Shown here piece after piece: positions 1 through 9,516 of a stretch of DNA of 64,000 bases. The stretch spans positions 1 to 64,000 of the IMG/VR virus record IMGVR_UViG_3300009702_000023. The stretch is one strand, 5' to 3'. The position numbers were made by a program, and so were the translations under genes. The notes beneath the pieces are model-generated. The model was not told the origin of the DNA and did not search any database. It was given only the letters and a program-made list of their open reading frames with translations. Position 1 is the first letter of the stretch. Each line of letters starts with the position of its first letter. The stretch comes from a virus.

Positions 1-2579
1 GTTGAGAAATCTGGTTGTTCTGTAATAGTCCACCAATCTCTTAAAACGGATGATCCTTTATTTATAGAGACTCCACTATTTTGAAAATAGGTAATTCTTA
101 CTACATCACCTTTTTTTAAATCTAAAAGAACTGACCCATTTGCATTAACTCTACTTGCATGAGTAGAATCTGACGTAGCTTCAAATATTCTAACTGATGC
201 TGAGTTTACTTCTACGTTAACATTAAACTGTTCACCAATATTCCAACTGCTGGCAGTACTCTCGAGAGAGCCTGAAACAGAAATAAGATATTGACCAGAT
301 TTAGGTATAGTATAATTGCCTGAATTAAAAGCGTTATGAGTATCTAATTCTAATGAGACTGCTCCAGTATATATTTGTGTTGCAGGAGATCCTGTAGGGA
401 TAGTTGTTCCAATAATATCACTGACAATAAGCTTTGCTGTACTAAATAAACTCTCAGTGGTAGATAATAAAGCTCCAGATGTCCAATTACTTATAGGAAC
501 AACTGCTCGCGCTGAAAAGCTATCGTTATTTGCTACATTCCAAACAAAAGGGTTAGATGCGTTCCATGAACCACCGTTATTTTCAGTATAAATTGCTAAT
601 GTTGTAGAACTTGCGTGTACAACTTGTCCTACATGAAATGCTGTGCCAACATCAACTGCCCAAGCACTACCAAATACTTGATTTGCTCCGCCGCCTATGC
701 CTGTTTTGTTTGTATCAATAATTTTAGAATCAGGAATAGTTAATAATATTGATCCAGGAAATGACGTAGTAGATCCAAATTGTACATTGTATTCTATCTC
801 CATAGAATCGCCTACACGTCTATGAGTGACCTTGATAGTTCCATTACCAATGGTTCCATTCCATAAAGCATCAGGATTAGATGAAATCTGCCAATCTTCT
901 ATTATTGATCCAGGAACAGGCACATCAGGACCTACACTAATATTGTCTATAATTATGTTACTTGTTGTTGCTGGCACTGAGTTAATGACAAACCTTGGTG
1001 CGTAGGTATTGTCTACACTATCTATTTCTGCAACACCTACAAACTTTCTCCTAGATGTGACGCTGCCAGTAGCTTGTATTAATCCGTCATTGTCATCCGA
1101 AACCATTACGTCTACACCACTATCTAGATTGCGGAGGATAACTTTAACATCTCCAGAGACATAGTTGGTATCAGTAGCATAATCAAATTTAACAAAGACA
1201 CGTTTACCAAGATCCTGATTGTCAACATCGTCCATGCCATGCTGAATATACTCACCGCCTAACGCAGTACTTTTGAACTGCATATTTAAAGATTGAGTGC
1301 CGCGCAAAGGATTAATAGTCTCTGCACTAGACACAGCATTACCTGACCCATCATTAGTGATGCCAGTAGTTACGTCAATTTCAAAATCAGGATTAGTTAT
1401 ATAGTTAATTCCACCTTGACCGCCAGACCCAATTTCATTTAAATTAACACCATCATCTGCGAAAAGTTTATCAAGATCAGTTGAATAAACTAAAGTGCCT
1501 TGTTTTCGAGTTAAAGCATCTAAATTTGCTTTGGTATTATTTGGGATTGTTAATCTGTTTGTGTTTGATGCAGTTCCACCATCAATATCTTTATTTGTTA
1601 TTACTTGAGCACTTGATATGTCGGCAACTTCAACTTCAGTGCCAACTGGGCCAATTTTAAATTTACTCGCCGCAGCATCGGCATAAATTAATGATCCATT
1701 AGTGGTGGTACGTTCAACTGTAACACCAGCACCTTCAGATGCAGCATCATTACCGCCCTTATTAACTGTAATATTTGTATCAGTGACATCTAATGTCGCG
1801 GTATTTACTGTTGTGGTTGTGCCATTAATTGTTAAATCCCCGCCAACAGTTAAATTATTTACGCCAGTAATATTATCTAAATCATCAATAATAATATTAC
1901 TATCTTGAACAGCGCCGCCTAATACACCATTAGTTCTAACTAATGCATTATCTGTTGTTGAAGTGAAATCATCAAGTTTAGCATCAAGTTGGGTTTGAAT
2001 TGCACTAGTTGTGCCATTTAAATAACCAAATTCTATATTTGTTATAGAACCATCCGCAATTTTTGTTGCATCTATTGCTGCCAGAGCTTTAATATCTGCA
2101 TTTTCAATGTTAGAAATTGAATTTCCAGTGCCATTAGCATCAAATGTTTTATTTGTAAGTGTATCAGTTGTTGCTCTACCCATGAGAGTATCTGTCGCAT
2201 CTGGGATAGTTATTACTCTATTTGCGGTTTGTGATGAAGTAACTGTTGTTTTTGTTCCGGTTGTTGCCCCGGAAATGTCGAAATCAACTTGTTTTGTTCC
2301 ATCAGTAGCATCATCAACTGTAAAAGCGTCACTTTGTGCATTAATTGTATTTGTGTCGCCAAGAGTTTTATTAGTAAGAGTATCAGTTGTGGCTTTACCT
2401 ACTAAGGTATCGGTGGCATCAGGGATTGAAACTGTTCTATTTGCAGTTTGTGCCGCCGAAATGGTTGTTTTGGTGCCAGTCGTAGCCCCAGAATTAATTT
2501 CTAAACTAACTTGTTTTGTTCTATCTGTTTCTTCTTGAACTAAGAGACCTTTTAATACGCCCCAGAACCCGATTGCCAT
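1..2579 (-). CDS. Tail fibre / receptor-binding protein, truncated at left edge; C1q-like domain near the visible end
   Basis: Not in the ORF track because it has no stop in the window. ATG at 2579 follows AAGGAG and the frame reads open to the edge (MAIGFWGVLKG...EQPDFS). Thr/Gly-rich with a duplicated 'SGATTGTKTT..S.QTANR...IPDATDTL.G.ATTDTLTNKT' unit; distal DTHNAFNSGNYTIPKSGQY...VLLDLKKGDVV resembles gC1q. Confidence 0.8.
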   Translation of the reverse strand, partial: MAIGFWGVLKGLLVQEETDRTKQVSLEINSGATTGTKTTISAAQTANRTVSIPDATDTLVGKATTDTLTNKTLGDTNTINAQSDAFTVDDATDGTKQVDFDISGATTGTKTTVTSSQTANRVITIPDATDTLMGRATTDTLTNKTFDANGTGNSISNIENADIKALAAIDATKIADGSITNIEFGYLNGTTSAIQTQLDAKLDDFTSTTDNALVRTNGVLGGAVQDSNIIIDDLDNITGVNNLTVGGDLTINGTTTTVNTATLDVTDTNITVNKGGNDAASEGAGVTVERTTTNGSLIYADAAASKFKIGPVGTEVEVADISSAQVITNKDIDGGTASNTNRLTIPNNTKANLDALTRKQGTLVYSTDLDKLFADDGVNLNEIGSGGQGGINYITNPDFEIDVTTGITNDGSGNAVSSAETINPLRGTQSLNMQFKSTALGGEYIQHGMDDVDNQDLGKRVFVKFDYATDTNYVSGDVKVILRNLDSGVDVMVSDDNDGLIQATGSVTSRRKFVGVAEIDSVDNTYAPRFVINSVPATTSNIIIDNISVGPDVPVPGSIIEDWQISSNPDALWNGTIGNGTIKVTHRRVGDSMEIEYNVQFGSTTSFPGSILLTIPDSKIIDTNKTGIGGGANQVFGSAWAVDVGTAFHVGQVVHASSTTLAIYTENNGGSWNASNPFVWNVANNDSFSARAVVPISNWTSGALLSTTESLFSTAKLIVSDIIGTTIPTGSPATQIYTGAVSLELDTHNAFNSGNYTIPKSGQYLISVSGSLESTASSWNIGEQFNVNVEVNSASVRIFEATSDSTHASRVNANGSVLLDLKKGDVVRITYFQNSGVSINKGSSVLRDWWTITEQPDFS

Positions 2580-2608
2580 TGTAATTCTCCTTATCTAATC
2601 TGTTCTAT

Positions 2609-3097
2609 TTATTGTTGTAATGTTCTCGCTGTAAATTTCATCACACCATTATAATTTGTCGCACCAATATCAGTTGATTTATACTGAATTTGGCCAGCAT
2701 CAGTTATTGTAAAAGTAACACCGGCATTTCCAGCAATTCCGCTAACTACAAGTGTCCAGCGTGAGCCTGAAGCCGCACTAGTATCATAAATTAAGTGCAT
2801 AACGCCAGATTCGGCAGTCCCACTTGTTGTAGAGTCTGATTTTCGATAAATGCTATATTCAACAAAAGCCGCTCTGGCCGAAGCTATATTAAATGAAAGG
2901 CCTGTTACATTTGTTGCTACAGATATATTATTTGCTACAGTAAAAGTTGTTTGTAGTATATCATCGGAAGTTAATATACTATTTAATACATCGGTAACTT
3001 CTTGCGCCCATCCTGTTGCGGCTTCCCCCCATCCGGGTTCATCTCCGGAAGCGGGATATTCATAGGGCGTATTATTAACTGTAAGGGTAACTGACAT
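2609..3097 (-). CDS. Virion structural protein (tail-associated)
   Basis: The ORF track starts it at 3166; the ATG at 3097 (MSVTLTVNN) lies downstream of the late motif and an AGGGGA RBS. Thr/Ser/Gly-rich beta composition. Confidence 0.6.
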   Translation of the reverse strand: MSVTLTVNNTPYEYPASGDEPGWGEAATGWAQEVTDVLNSILTSDDILQTTFTVANNISVATNVTGLSFNIASARAAFVEYSIYRKSDSTTSGTAESGVMHLIYDTSAASGSRWTLVVSGIAGNAGVTFTITDAGQIQYKSTDIGATNYNGVMKFTARTLQQ

Positions 3098-3129
3098 TAT
3101 TTCTTTCCCCTTTAAATAGAAGATATCCT

Positions 3130-3145
3130 CATAAATATTTGTTAA
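3130..3145 (-). promoter_or_regulatory. Putative late promoter TTAACAAATATTTATG
   Basis: Exact 16-mer recurring upstream of minus-strand structural units. Confidence 0.75.
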
Positions 3146-3159
3146 ATCCAAGATTTTAC

Positions 3160-3188
3160 TTGACAAGTTATGAATTTTATGTTATTTT
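3160..3188 (+). promoter_or_regulatory. Sigma-70-type promoter
   Basis: TTGACA-N17-TATTTT with extended TG, 9 nt before ATG 3198. Confidence 0.6.
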
Positions 3189-3197
3189 AAAGTAAAT

Positions 3198-3404
3198 ATG
3201 GTATTTTTATTAATAATTTTATTTATTATTGGATTTATTGCGTTTCAGAATCTGAATAAATTTGAACCAATGAAGAGGTATAATCATGATAAAATCCCTA
3301 ATAGGACTTGTCCACCACATCTTTGGGTTGATAATCCGTCTGGTGGGTTGGTTTGTAAAAGATGCAGGAAACAGCCGGGAGACCCATCCTTCTACACAGA
3401 TTGA
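3198..3404 (+). CDS. Small membrane-anchored protein with Zn-ribbon-like C-terminus
   Basis: Hydrophobic N-terminus; CPPHLW...CKRC. Confidence 0.5.
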   Translation: MVFLLIILFIIGFIAFQNLNKFEPMKRYNHDKIPNRTCPPHLWVDNPSGGLVCKRCRKQPGDPSFYTD

Positions 3405-3831
3405 AAATAAACCCCTAATATTATATAAAAATGAATCACCTAGGTTAGCTAAAGAATTTAAATTATTAGAGACCGAAAATAAGAATTTAAGAGATTTAGT
3501 GTTCGATTTAGCAAATTATACCTTGACAAACTTTAATAAATCTATTACTCTAACTATGGTGATTAGAACTCAACGTGAGCAAGATGAAATATATGCCGGT
3601 AAAGAGCACCATGGGCGAAAATATGATGAAAAGCCCTGGAAATCGCCACATCAGTTTGGTCAAGCTGTTGATATTAGGAGTAGGACGTTTTCGGGGGAAG
3701 AAATTAAATTAATTGAAGATTATTTGAATGCGAAATACAATATGACTAATTATTATAAATGGACAGCAAAAAATCATAATGTGGGGCTAGGGGATCATTT
3801 CCATATACAATATTATAAGGCGGAAAAATGA
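3286..3831 (+). CDS. Peptidase M15-family zinc peptidase (probable endolysin)
   Basis: R..EQ, SPHQFGQAVD (H-x6-D) and DHFHIQ (HxH) zinc motifs; hydrophobic N-terminus. Confidence 0.75.
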   Translation: MIKSLIGLVHHIFGLIIRLVGWFVKDAGNSRETHPSTQIENKPLILYKNESPRLAKEFKLLETENKNLRDLVFDLANYTLTNFNKSITLTMVIRTQREQDEIYAGKEHHGRKYDEKPWKSPHQFGQAVDIRSRTFSGEEIKLIEDYLNAKYNMTNYYKWTAKNHNVGLGDHFHIQYYKAEK

Positions 3832-4802
3832 AATTTTATGTTGAAAAAATAAATAATGTAGATTGCATAATTTTGGAACCTTTCAGGCATAAATCTCGTT
3901 ATATTAAATATAAATCATTAGATCATCTTAATGCTTTATCAAAAAGAGCCGGTAATAAAGATACCAATATTGTTGTCCAATCTTTTCAAAATAAAATAGC
4001 AAGGTATGATAGTGATATTAGTTTAAATAAAGAATTTAATATCAAAGACCATAATACATATGCATTAAAACTTGGTAATTATCCTTTTCCTTCGACATAT
4101 TTAGAAAAAATGAACATTAGATCAAATGAAAAAATCTGTGAAATTCCTATTCATAACGAATTAATTCAATATATTGATAAATTTTTAAAAAATAAAAGTT
4201 TTTATAAAGATGAGGGTCTTTTTTATAAAACGGGGCTATTATTATATGGTCCCCCAGGAAATAGCAAAACGACATTTTTAAGACATTTAGTTGCAAATTA
4301 TTTACCAAAAGAGGCCCTAGTTATTTGGTGCCAGTTATTGCCAACTCTACAAATGATTAAAAACCTAAAAGAGTATACTGGACCAAAGGTATTTATTTTT
4401 GAAGAATTAACCTCAATTTTAAGTAGATCGAATATAGGTTCTTTTTTAGATTTTATGGATGGGGAAAATTCAATTGATAATGCCATTTTTATTGCAACAA
4501 CAAACTATCCCGAAGATTTGCCCGGCAATATTGTCGAAAGGCCCGGAAGATTTGATAAAATTATGAAATTTGATAATCCCACAAATGATGTTAAGCAATA
4601 CCTATTTAAAAATATGTTTAAATTAGATATCACAACAAATGAATTGGCAGCAACTAAAGACTTTTCAATTGCGCAATTAAAAGAGATTTATTTACAAGTT
4701 AAAGTGCATAATCGTTCAATTTTGGGGGCAATTCAATATATAAATGATCACAAGAAATTTGTTAAAAATAATTTCGCTGTATCTAGGAAATTAGGTATAT
4801 GA
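3828..4802 (+). CDS. AAA+ ATPase (BCS1-like)
   Basis: GLLLYGPPGNSKT Walker A variant, FIFEE Walker B, FLDFMDG, ATTNYPE...RPGRFD. Confidence 0.85.
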   Translation: MKFYVEKINNVDCIILEPFRHKSRYIKYKSLDHLNALSKRAGNKDTNIVVQSFQNKIARYDSDISLNKEFNIKDHNTYALKLGNYPFPSTYLEKMNIRSNEKICEIPIHNELIQYIDKFLKNKSFYKDEGLFYKTGLLLYGPPGNSKTTFLRHLVANYLPKEALVIWCQLLPTLQMIKNLKEYTGPKVFIFEELTSILSRSNIGSFLDFMDGENSIDNAIFIATTNYPEDLPGNIVERPGRFDKIMKFDNPTNDVKQYLFKNMFKLDITTNELAATKDFSIAQLKEIYLQVKVHNRSILGAIQYINDHKKFVKNNFAVSRKLGI

Positions 4803-5425
4803 ATCGAGTTGCTAAAACTTATTTTTGGTCAGATTTACACCTTGGTTCTTCAAATTTAATTAGATTTGACAAGCGCCCCTTTAATAGTGTTGATCATATG
4901 CATCGAGTATTGATTAATAATTATCAATCTATAGTTGCGCCTAAATCAGTTTGTTATTTTATAGGGGATATTGGGAATAAATATGCGGTAAGAGAAATTA
5001 TACCACAGATGACAAATGGCACTAAGGTATTAATACGCGGCAATCATGACAAAAGGCTGAGTGATAATTTTTTGTATAGCTATGGATTTGATGTTATACT
5101 ATATAGAGCCGATATTACAATAGCAAAAGAACCAGTGACATTAACACATTGCCCATTTTTGGGGGTATTTAGGGAGGATGTTACTGGGATGAATGGTGCC
5201 AAGGAAGGCGATAATTGGCATGGAGAGAGTTGGCATGGGCTGTATTCCTGTAAGGATGATGGTCAATTTTTATTACATGGACATATTCATTCGGGACCAC
5301 ATCGGGGGGATAAAAAAACGATTCAAGATAGGATGTGGGATGTTGGTGTGGCCGCTAATAATTATAGACCAATTAGTATTAGTAAGATTGAAAGTTGGAT
5401 TACAAAATATAAAAAGGGTGAGTAA
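4799..5425 (+). CDS. Calcineurin-like metallophosphoesterase
   Basis: SDLHLG, GD, GNHD, THCP, HGHIH. Confidence 0.9.
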   Translation: MNRVAKTYFWSDLHLGSSNLIRFDKRPFNSVDHMHRVLINNYQSIVAPKSVCYFIGDIGNKYAVREIIPQMTNGTKVLIRGNHDKRLSDNFLYSYGFDVILYRADITIAKEPVTLTHCPFLGVFREDVTGMNGAKEGDNWHGESWHGLYSCKDDGQFLLHGHIHSGPHRGDKKTIQDRMWDVGVAANNYRPISISKIESWITKYKKGE

Positions 5426-6100
5426 ATGAATATTATAGCCGATGTTGCCGGAAGATATGACGAATTAATGTTGCTTCTGAACCAAATGCCAAAGTCAGAT
5501 TTAACTATTTATGTCGGCGATTTAAATGATCGCGGGCCAAAATCTAAACAAGTTATTGAGTATGTTATGTCTGAGCCCAATTCTATATGTTTAAATAGCA
5601 ATCATGGTGACATGTTTGTTGATTTTTATGAAGGAATTCATCGTTATTATCGAGATGATTTTCTAAGAAACGGGGGCATTACTACATTAAAATCTTACGG
5701 TTGTGGATTACAGGATGGGGATTTACAAAAAATCGTAGATGAAGTTCAGGACAATGTGCCCAAAAAACATATTGATTGGCTTAAAAATTTACCATATTAT
5801 TATGAAAATGATAATGTATTTATATCTCATGCAGCAAAAAATCCTACATTTCCCCTGGATAGCTTATGTGTAAATGATCCCAAATCCATATATTATAATT
5901 TATTGTGGAATAGAGGCGAGCCCGGAAAAATAGAAGGTAAGTTACAAATTATGGGACATAACAGTCACTGGGGAATAAAAAAGTTCGGTAATCCCGATAA
6001 ACCGTGGGCTATCTGTATTGATGGATCAAGAAAAAATAGATTAACAGGATTACATTTAACAGATTTAAGTCTTTATCATCAAGATTATTTAAAAGATTAA
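5426..6100 (+). CDS. Ser/Thr protein phosphatase-like metallophosphoesterase (atypical motif I)
   Basis: GDLNDRGPKS, SNH, NGG..T..SY, SHA, LLWNR, MGHN; DVAG in place of DxHG. Confidence 0.8.
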   Translation: MNIIADVAGRYDELMLLLNQMPKSDLTIYVGDLNDRGPKSKQVIEYVMSEPNSICLNSNHGDMFVDFYEGIHRYYRDDFLRNGGITTLKSYGCGLQDGDLQKIVDEVQDNVPKKHIDWLKNLPYYYENDNVFISHAAKNPTFPLDSLCVNDPKSIYYNLLWNRGEPGKIEGKLQIMGHNSHWGIKKFGNPDKPWAICIDGSRKNRLTGLHLTDLSLYHQDYLKD

Positions 6101-7512
6101 TTTTTAATCCAAACAAACTTTAAATTACCTAAATCATATACTTTAGTAAATCCATTAATCATCATATTTTCGGTTTCAGTTAATTTACTTAAAAATATTG
6201 GAATCATTTTTGGTAATTTAGATTTCATACATTTATACCTACTATATACTATATCACCCTTTTTATACCAATAATTAGGTTTTGTTTTTCCAACACAAGA
6301 CATCCCTAATATATTATATACATTTCCGTGGCTATATCGCAAATCACAATATGATATTATTGATTTAGGATTTTGCTCTTTTATAAAATGTTTAAATAAC
6401 TTAGATGCCCCGCCGATTACAACAGTGTACGGTTTCGATGACATTCGGACTATTTCCCATTCATATTGTTTAGTAAATCTGGGTTTACCGAAAGTCATAA
6501 TCATAACCAGTTCATCATCATAATAAAGACCATAAGCAATAGAAAAATTAGCATGGCCTTGCATATGGGTTTTATTTAAAAATGTTTTAGCTTCAGTTGT
6601 CATGACTCTTTTAATTTTACAACGGCGAGCATATATTCTATTTTTTAAAGAATTCTTGGAATCAATAATATCTTTATTTTCGCCCGGTAAAAGCTCATGA
6701 TATTTTAAATATATTTCTTTATTTTCAATATTAAATTTGGCACCTTTTTTTATATTATCTTTGGCCCATAGAGGTTTTAAATTTGTGTAATGATTCAATC
6801 TCGCGGCTTCATCATAATTAGAGGCTAGTGCCATTGGTATTATGTGCTCTAAATGCCAACCATTTGCGGTATTATTATCCCAAGTCATGCCAGGTAGAAA
6901 TTGTGATTCTAAGTGCCGTTTTAATTCTTCATATGTACAACCGATGTATTGATCTTTTTCCCCCGTTTTCTCCCAATTCTCTTTTCGCATTATATCATAT
7001 ATTCTGCGTTTTACTCTCTTTTTTATTAACCATAATTTATCATTTTTTTCTCTTGTTTTTTTATATTCTTGGGAAGATTTTATACACTTTTTTCGATTAT
7101 CGTAGTAATATTTTTGAGATTTGTTTTTTAACTTTTCAGAATAATTATCATTTTTTACATATTTTTGACGTAAATTATAATTTCGACACTCAGCGCATAT
7201 AGAATTAATCCCATCAAATCTTTGTGGATTTTTATGAAAAGCTGAAATATCTTTGATTTTATCACATTGATTGCATTTTTTCTGATTATTTTTCGCTAAA
7301 AGTTTTTGTTCTTGTATTCTTGCTGCTGTGGGAGAGAGAACCGATGGGTCTGTTTTTCTAGATTTTTGATATTCACTTGTTTTATTATAATAAAGTTTAC
7401 TTTGCTCACTTTGGCATATTTTACAAATAGATTTTTTACCATCTTTTGATCTTTTGTATTTATTAAATTCTTCTAATTTTTTATTTTTATTACATTTCGA
7501 ACAAATTTTCAT
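6097..7512 (-). CDS. Homing-endonuclease-like fusion: Zn-finger repeats + HNH domain + Hef-like C-terminal domain
   Basis: CxxC repeats; WHLEHIIP...NHYTNLKPLWAKDNIKKG; C-terminal IYARRC...GGASKLFKHF...SYCDLRYS.GNVY...VYDLG. Own sigma-70 promoter (-35 at 7545-7550, -10 at 7522-7527) supports ATG 7512. Confidence 0.75.
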   Translation of the reverse strand: MKICSKCNKNKKLEEFNKYKRSKDGKKSICKICQSEQSKLYYNKTSEYQKSRKTDPSVLSPTAARIQEQKLLAKNNQKKCNQCDKIKDISAFHKNPQRFDGINSICAECRNYNLRQKYVKNDNYSEKLKNKSQKYYYDNRKKCIKSSQEYKKTREKNDKLWLIKKRVKRRIYDIMRKENWEKTGEKDQYIGCTYEELKRHLESQFLPGMTWDNNTANGWHLEHIIPMALASNYDEAARLNHYTNLKPLWAKDNIKKGAKFNIENKEIYLKYHELLPGENKDIIDSKNSLKNRIYARRCKIKRVMTTEAKTFLNKTHMQGHANFSIAYGLYYDDELVMIMTFGKPRFTKQYEWEIVRMSSKPYTVVIGGASKLFKHFIKEQNPKSIISYCDLRYSHGNVYNILGMSCVGKTKPNYWYKKGDIVYSRYKCMKSKLPKMIPIFLSKLTETENMMINGFTKVYDLGNLKFVWIKN

Positions 7513-7552
7513 ATTATATATAATATAACACATATTCAGGGGCATGTCAAGC

Positions 7553-7584
7553 AAAAAAATAGCCCGATATTAAACCGGGCTATT
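7553..7584 (-). terminator. Rho-independent terminator after the major capsid gene
   Basis: AATAGCCCG-loop-CGGGCTATT followed by a T run on the minus strand. Confidence 0.85.
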
Positions 7585-7609
7585 ATACTAGATGAATAAA
7601 TATTAGGAA

Positions 7610-8836
7610 TTAGTTAGAAATTCCTGAAATCAATGTATTCTTTCCGGGTGCATAACAGAACAATGCTTGATCGGTGTAGGATCTAAGCTCATATCCTGCG
7701 CTATTTTCTAGCTCACGGAAAAACTCACTTCCTTGTCCAGGTCTTTTGAAGGTGATATCGGTAGAACCGATTCGGAGCCATTCATCAAGACACATAACAT
7801 AAGAATATCCTTCTTTTACATAAATGGAAGGAACAATTTCAACCTTACCATTTTGAGCAAAGAAAGTGATCTCTTGCGCACCATTTTCTGTAACAGAGGA
7901 ACGATAAGAACTATCGTACTGTCGTAGAGCAGATTGCTCGGTCAAAAGATCAGCCCAAGAGCGAGGATTAACGAGAACCATAACATCACTGTCAAGGCCT
8001 TTTTCAACTGCGCGAGCTACAGCCTCTTGCATTGCTGCAAAAGATAGAGCGCCAGCAGGAGAAATTACATATGAATTACCTTTGAAAAGATCATATGTTC
8101 CAGCATTAATTCCGAAAATTGAACCAGTGTTAGTCAAAATTTTGTGAACACCAGCGAAATCATTTCCGTATTGACCTTTGTGCCAGATAATATCTGTAGC
8201 AACTACTCCAGCAGGAATAGAATCAACAGTAATTGTTCTAGCAGTCATGTCAACGGAGCTAATACTAGCAAAACCACGAGAAGTGGCACCAGTAGCATCA
8301 CGAATTTCAATAGGCATGTTGTTAGCACCAGCCCAAATACCGGGCGCCCACTCAGCAGTGGTAATAGTAATAACCGCACCAGATGTGGATGCAACTTTAG
8401 CTAAACCTTCTTGGCCATACAACATAACCATTTCAAGTTTTTTAGCCATTGAACGAAGCATGTTTGATACAAGAAACTTCGTGGAATCTTCAAATGCCTT
8501 TTGACCACCACCAGCAGCACGAGCCGCAGCAGCATATCCAAGCACAGAGCGAAGAACCATTTGACTACCGCGAACTTGCGCGTCACGGATCAAACCAGAA
8601 ACGGGTGCCTGAAGATTAAATGCATCATCAGTAGGACCAGCAAAGGTCACGCCGTGTTCGTGGCCGAGAATGACTGGTTGGTGATACAAATTACCAAGTT
8701 GTCGATCACGACTAGAGAAACTTATTTTATTTACGAGCTTAACGCCTTCAGGAATAAGGTTTTCGATATTATCTGCATAAACTTCCTTAAAGTTGGCGTT
8801 TAGCGTGTCAGAAAAATTATTAGAACTTGAAGCCAT
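7610..8836 (-). CDS. Major capsid protein
   Basis: 408 aa; downstream of scaffold; strong GGAGGT RBS and terminator; higher-GC codon usage; N-terminal L...FKEVY pattern seen in podovirus-like coat proteins. Confidence 0.8.
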   Translation of the reverse strand: MASSSNNFSDTLNANFKEVYADNIENLIPEGVKLVNKISFSSRDRQLGNLYHQPVILGHEHGVTFAGPTDDAFNLQAPVSGLIRDAQVRGSQMVLRSVLGYAAAARAAGGGQKAFEDSTKFLVSNMLRSMAKKLEMVMLYGQEGLAKVASTSGAVITITTAEWAPGIWAGANNMPIEIRDATGATSRGFASISSVDMTARTITVDSIPAGVVATDIIWHKGQYGNDFAGVHKILTNTGSIFGINAGTYDLFKGNSYVISPAGALSFAAMQEAVARAVEKGLDSDVMVLVNPRSWADLLTEQSALRQYDSSYRSSVTENGAQEITFFAQNGKVEIVPSIYVKEGYSYVMCLDEWLRIGSTDITFKRPGQGSEFFRELENSAGYELRSYTDQALFCYAPGKNTLISGISN

Positions 8837-8853
8837 TTTTCCTTACCTCCTAA

Positions 8854-9312
8854 TTACGCTTCCAAATATTCAACTTCGATTCTAAAAGTGGGACTTTCGC
8901 TCGCCAAATTCAATCCAGTAGCTGCAACTTCTATTGCAATGTTACCGGCTGAAGTTAATTGGCTTGCTCCACTATTAGGGCCAGTTACGACCTCTGAAGT
9001 TGAAACAGATGAAACTTCGGTTAATGTTACGCTATAAATCTTAGTTGCTTTATTATCGCCAAGATCTAATAGCAGCCCAAATACTGAATCGCCCGTGCTA
9101 TTATCAGCAGCAGCCGTCCAGGTCAATGCTTCTACGGCATCAGCAGCCGCAGTTTTGCCTTCTGTTCTCAAAACCATAAGTCCAGGAACATCCTCAGAAT
9201 GCACCTTACTAGCGGGAGTAGCATTACCTGTAATAGTAAACTCAGCTACCAACCTTTGTTGTCGCAACAAATGGTCTTGATGGGAAGATAGGCTTTTAAA
9301 TTCAATAGACAT
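8854..9312 (-). CDS. Capsid-associated (decoration/cement-like) protein
   Basis: Between scaffold and MCP; ATG 9312 after GGAGG; Ala/Thr/Ser-rich. Confidence 0.5.
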   Translation of the reverse strand: MSIEFKSLSSHQDHLLRQQRLVAEFTITGNATPASKVHSEDVPGLMVLRTEGKTAAADAVEALTWTAAADNSTGDSVFGLLLDLGDNKATKIYSVTLTEVSSVSTSEVVTGPNSGASQLTSAGNIAIEVAATGLNLASESPTFRIEVEYLEA

Positions 9313-9474
9313 TTCTACCTCCAAAGAGTTAATAATAAATAGTTAAATGTATTAACTTGTCACTGCAAATTTATAATTTACCTTTTTTTATCACTAACTC
9401 AAGGGTATCATCTGGGCTTTTTACAGTTACCAGGGAGTCAAGAGTAACGGACAAAACGGGGTTATAAACCGCTT
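9313..9474 (-). promoter_or_regulatory. Long structured 5' leader of the capsid operon
   Basis: ~160-nt non-coding leader with nested complementary segments TTGTC/GACAA, TGACTC/GAGTTA, CTGG/CCAG. Confidence 0.5.
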
Positions 9475-9490
9475 CAATAATATTTGTTAA
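9475..9490 (-). promoter_or_regulatory. Putative late promoter variant TTAACAAATATTATTG
   Basis: Shares the TTAACAAATATT core. Confidence 0.7.
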
Positions 9491-9516
9491 ATTAATAAAT
9501 AAAATAATACAATATA

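Noticed and set aside
1702-3065. Plus-strand ORFs 1702, 2107, 2850 and similar shadows over MCP, scaffold and portal
   Set aside because: Antisense shadows of clear minus-strand genes
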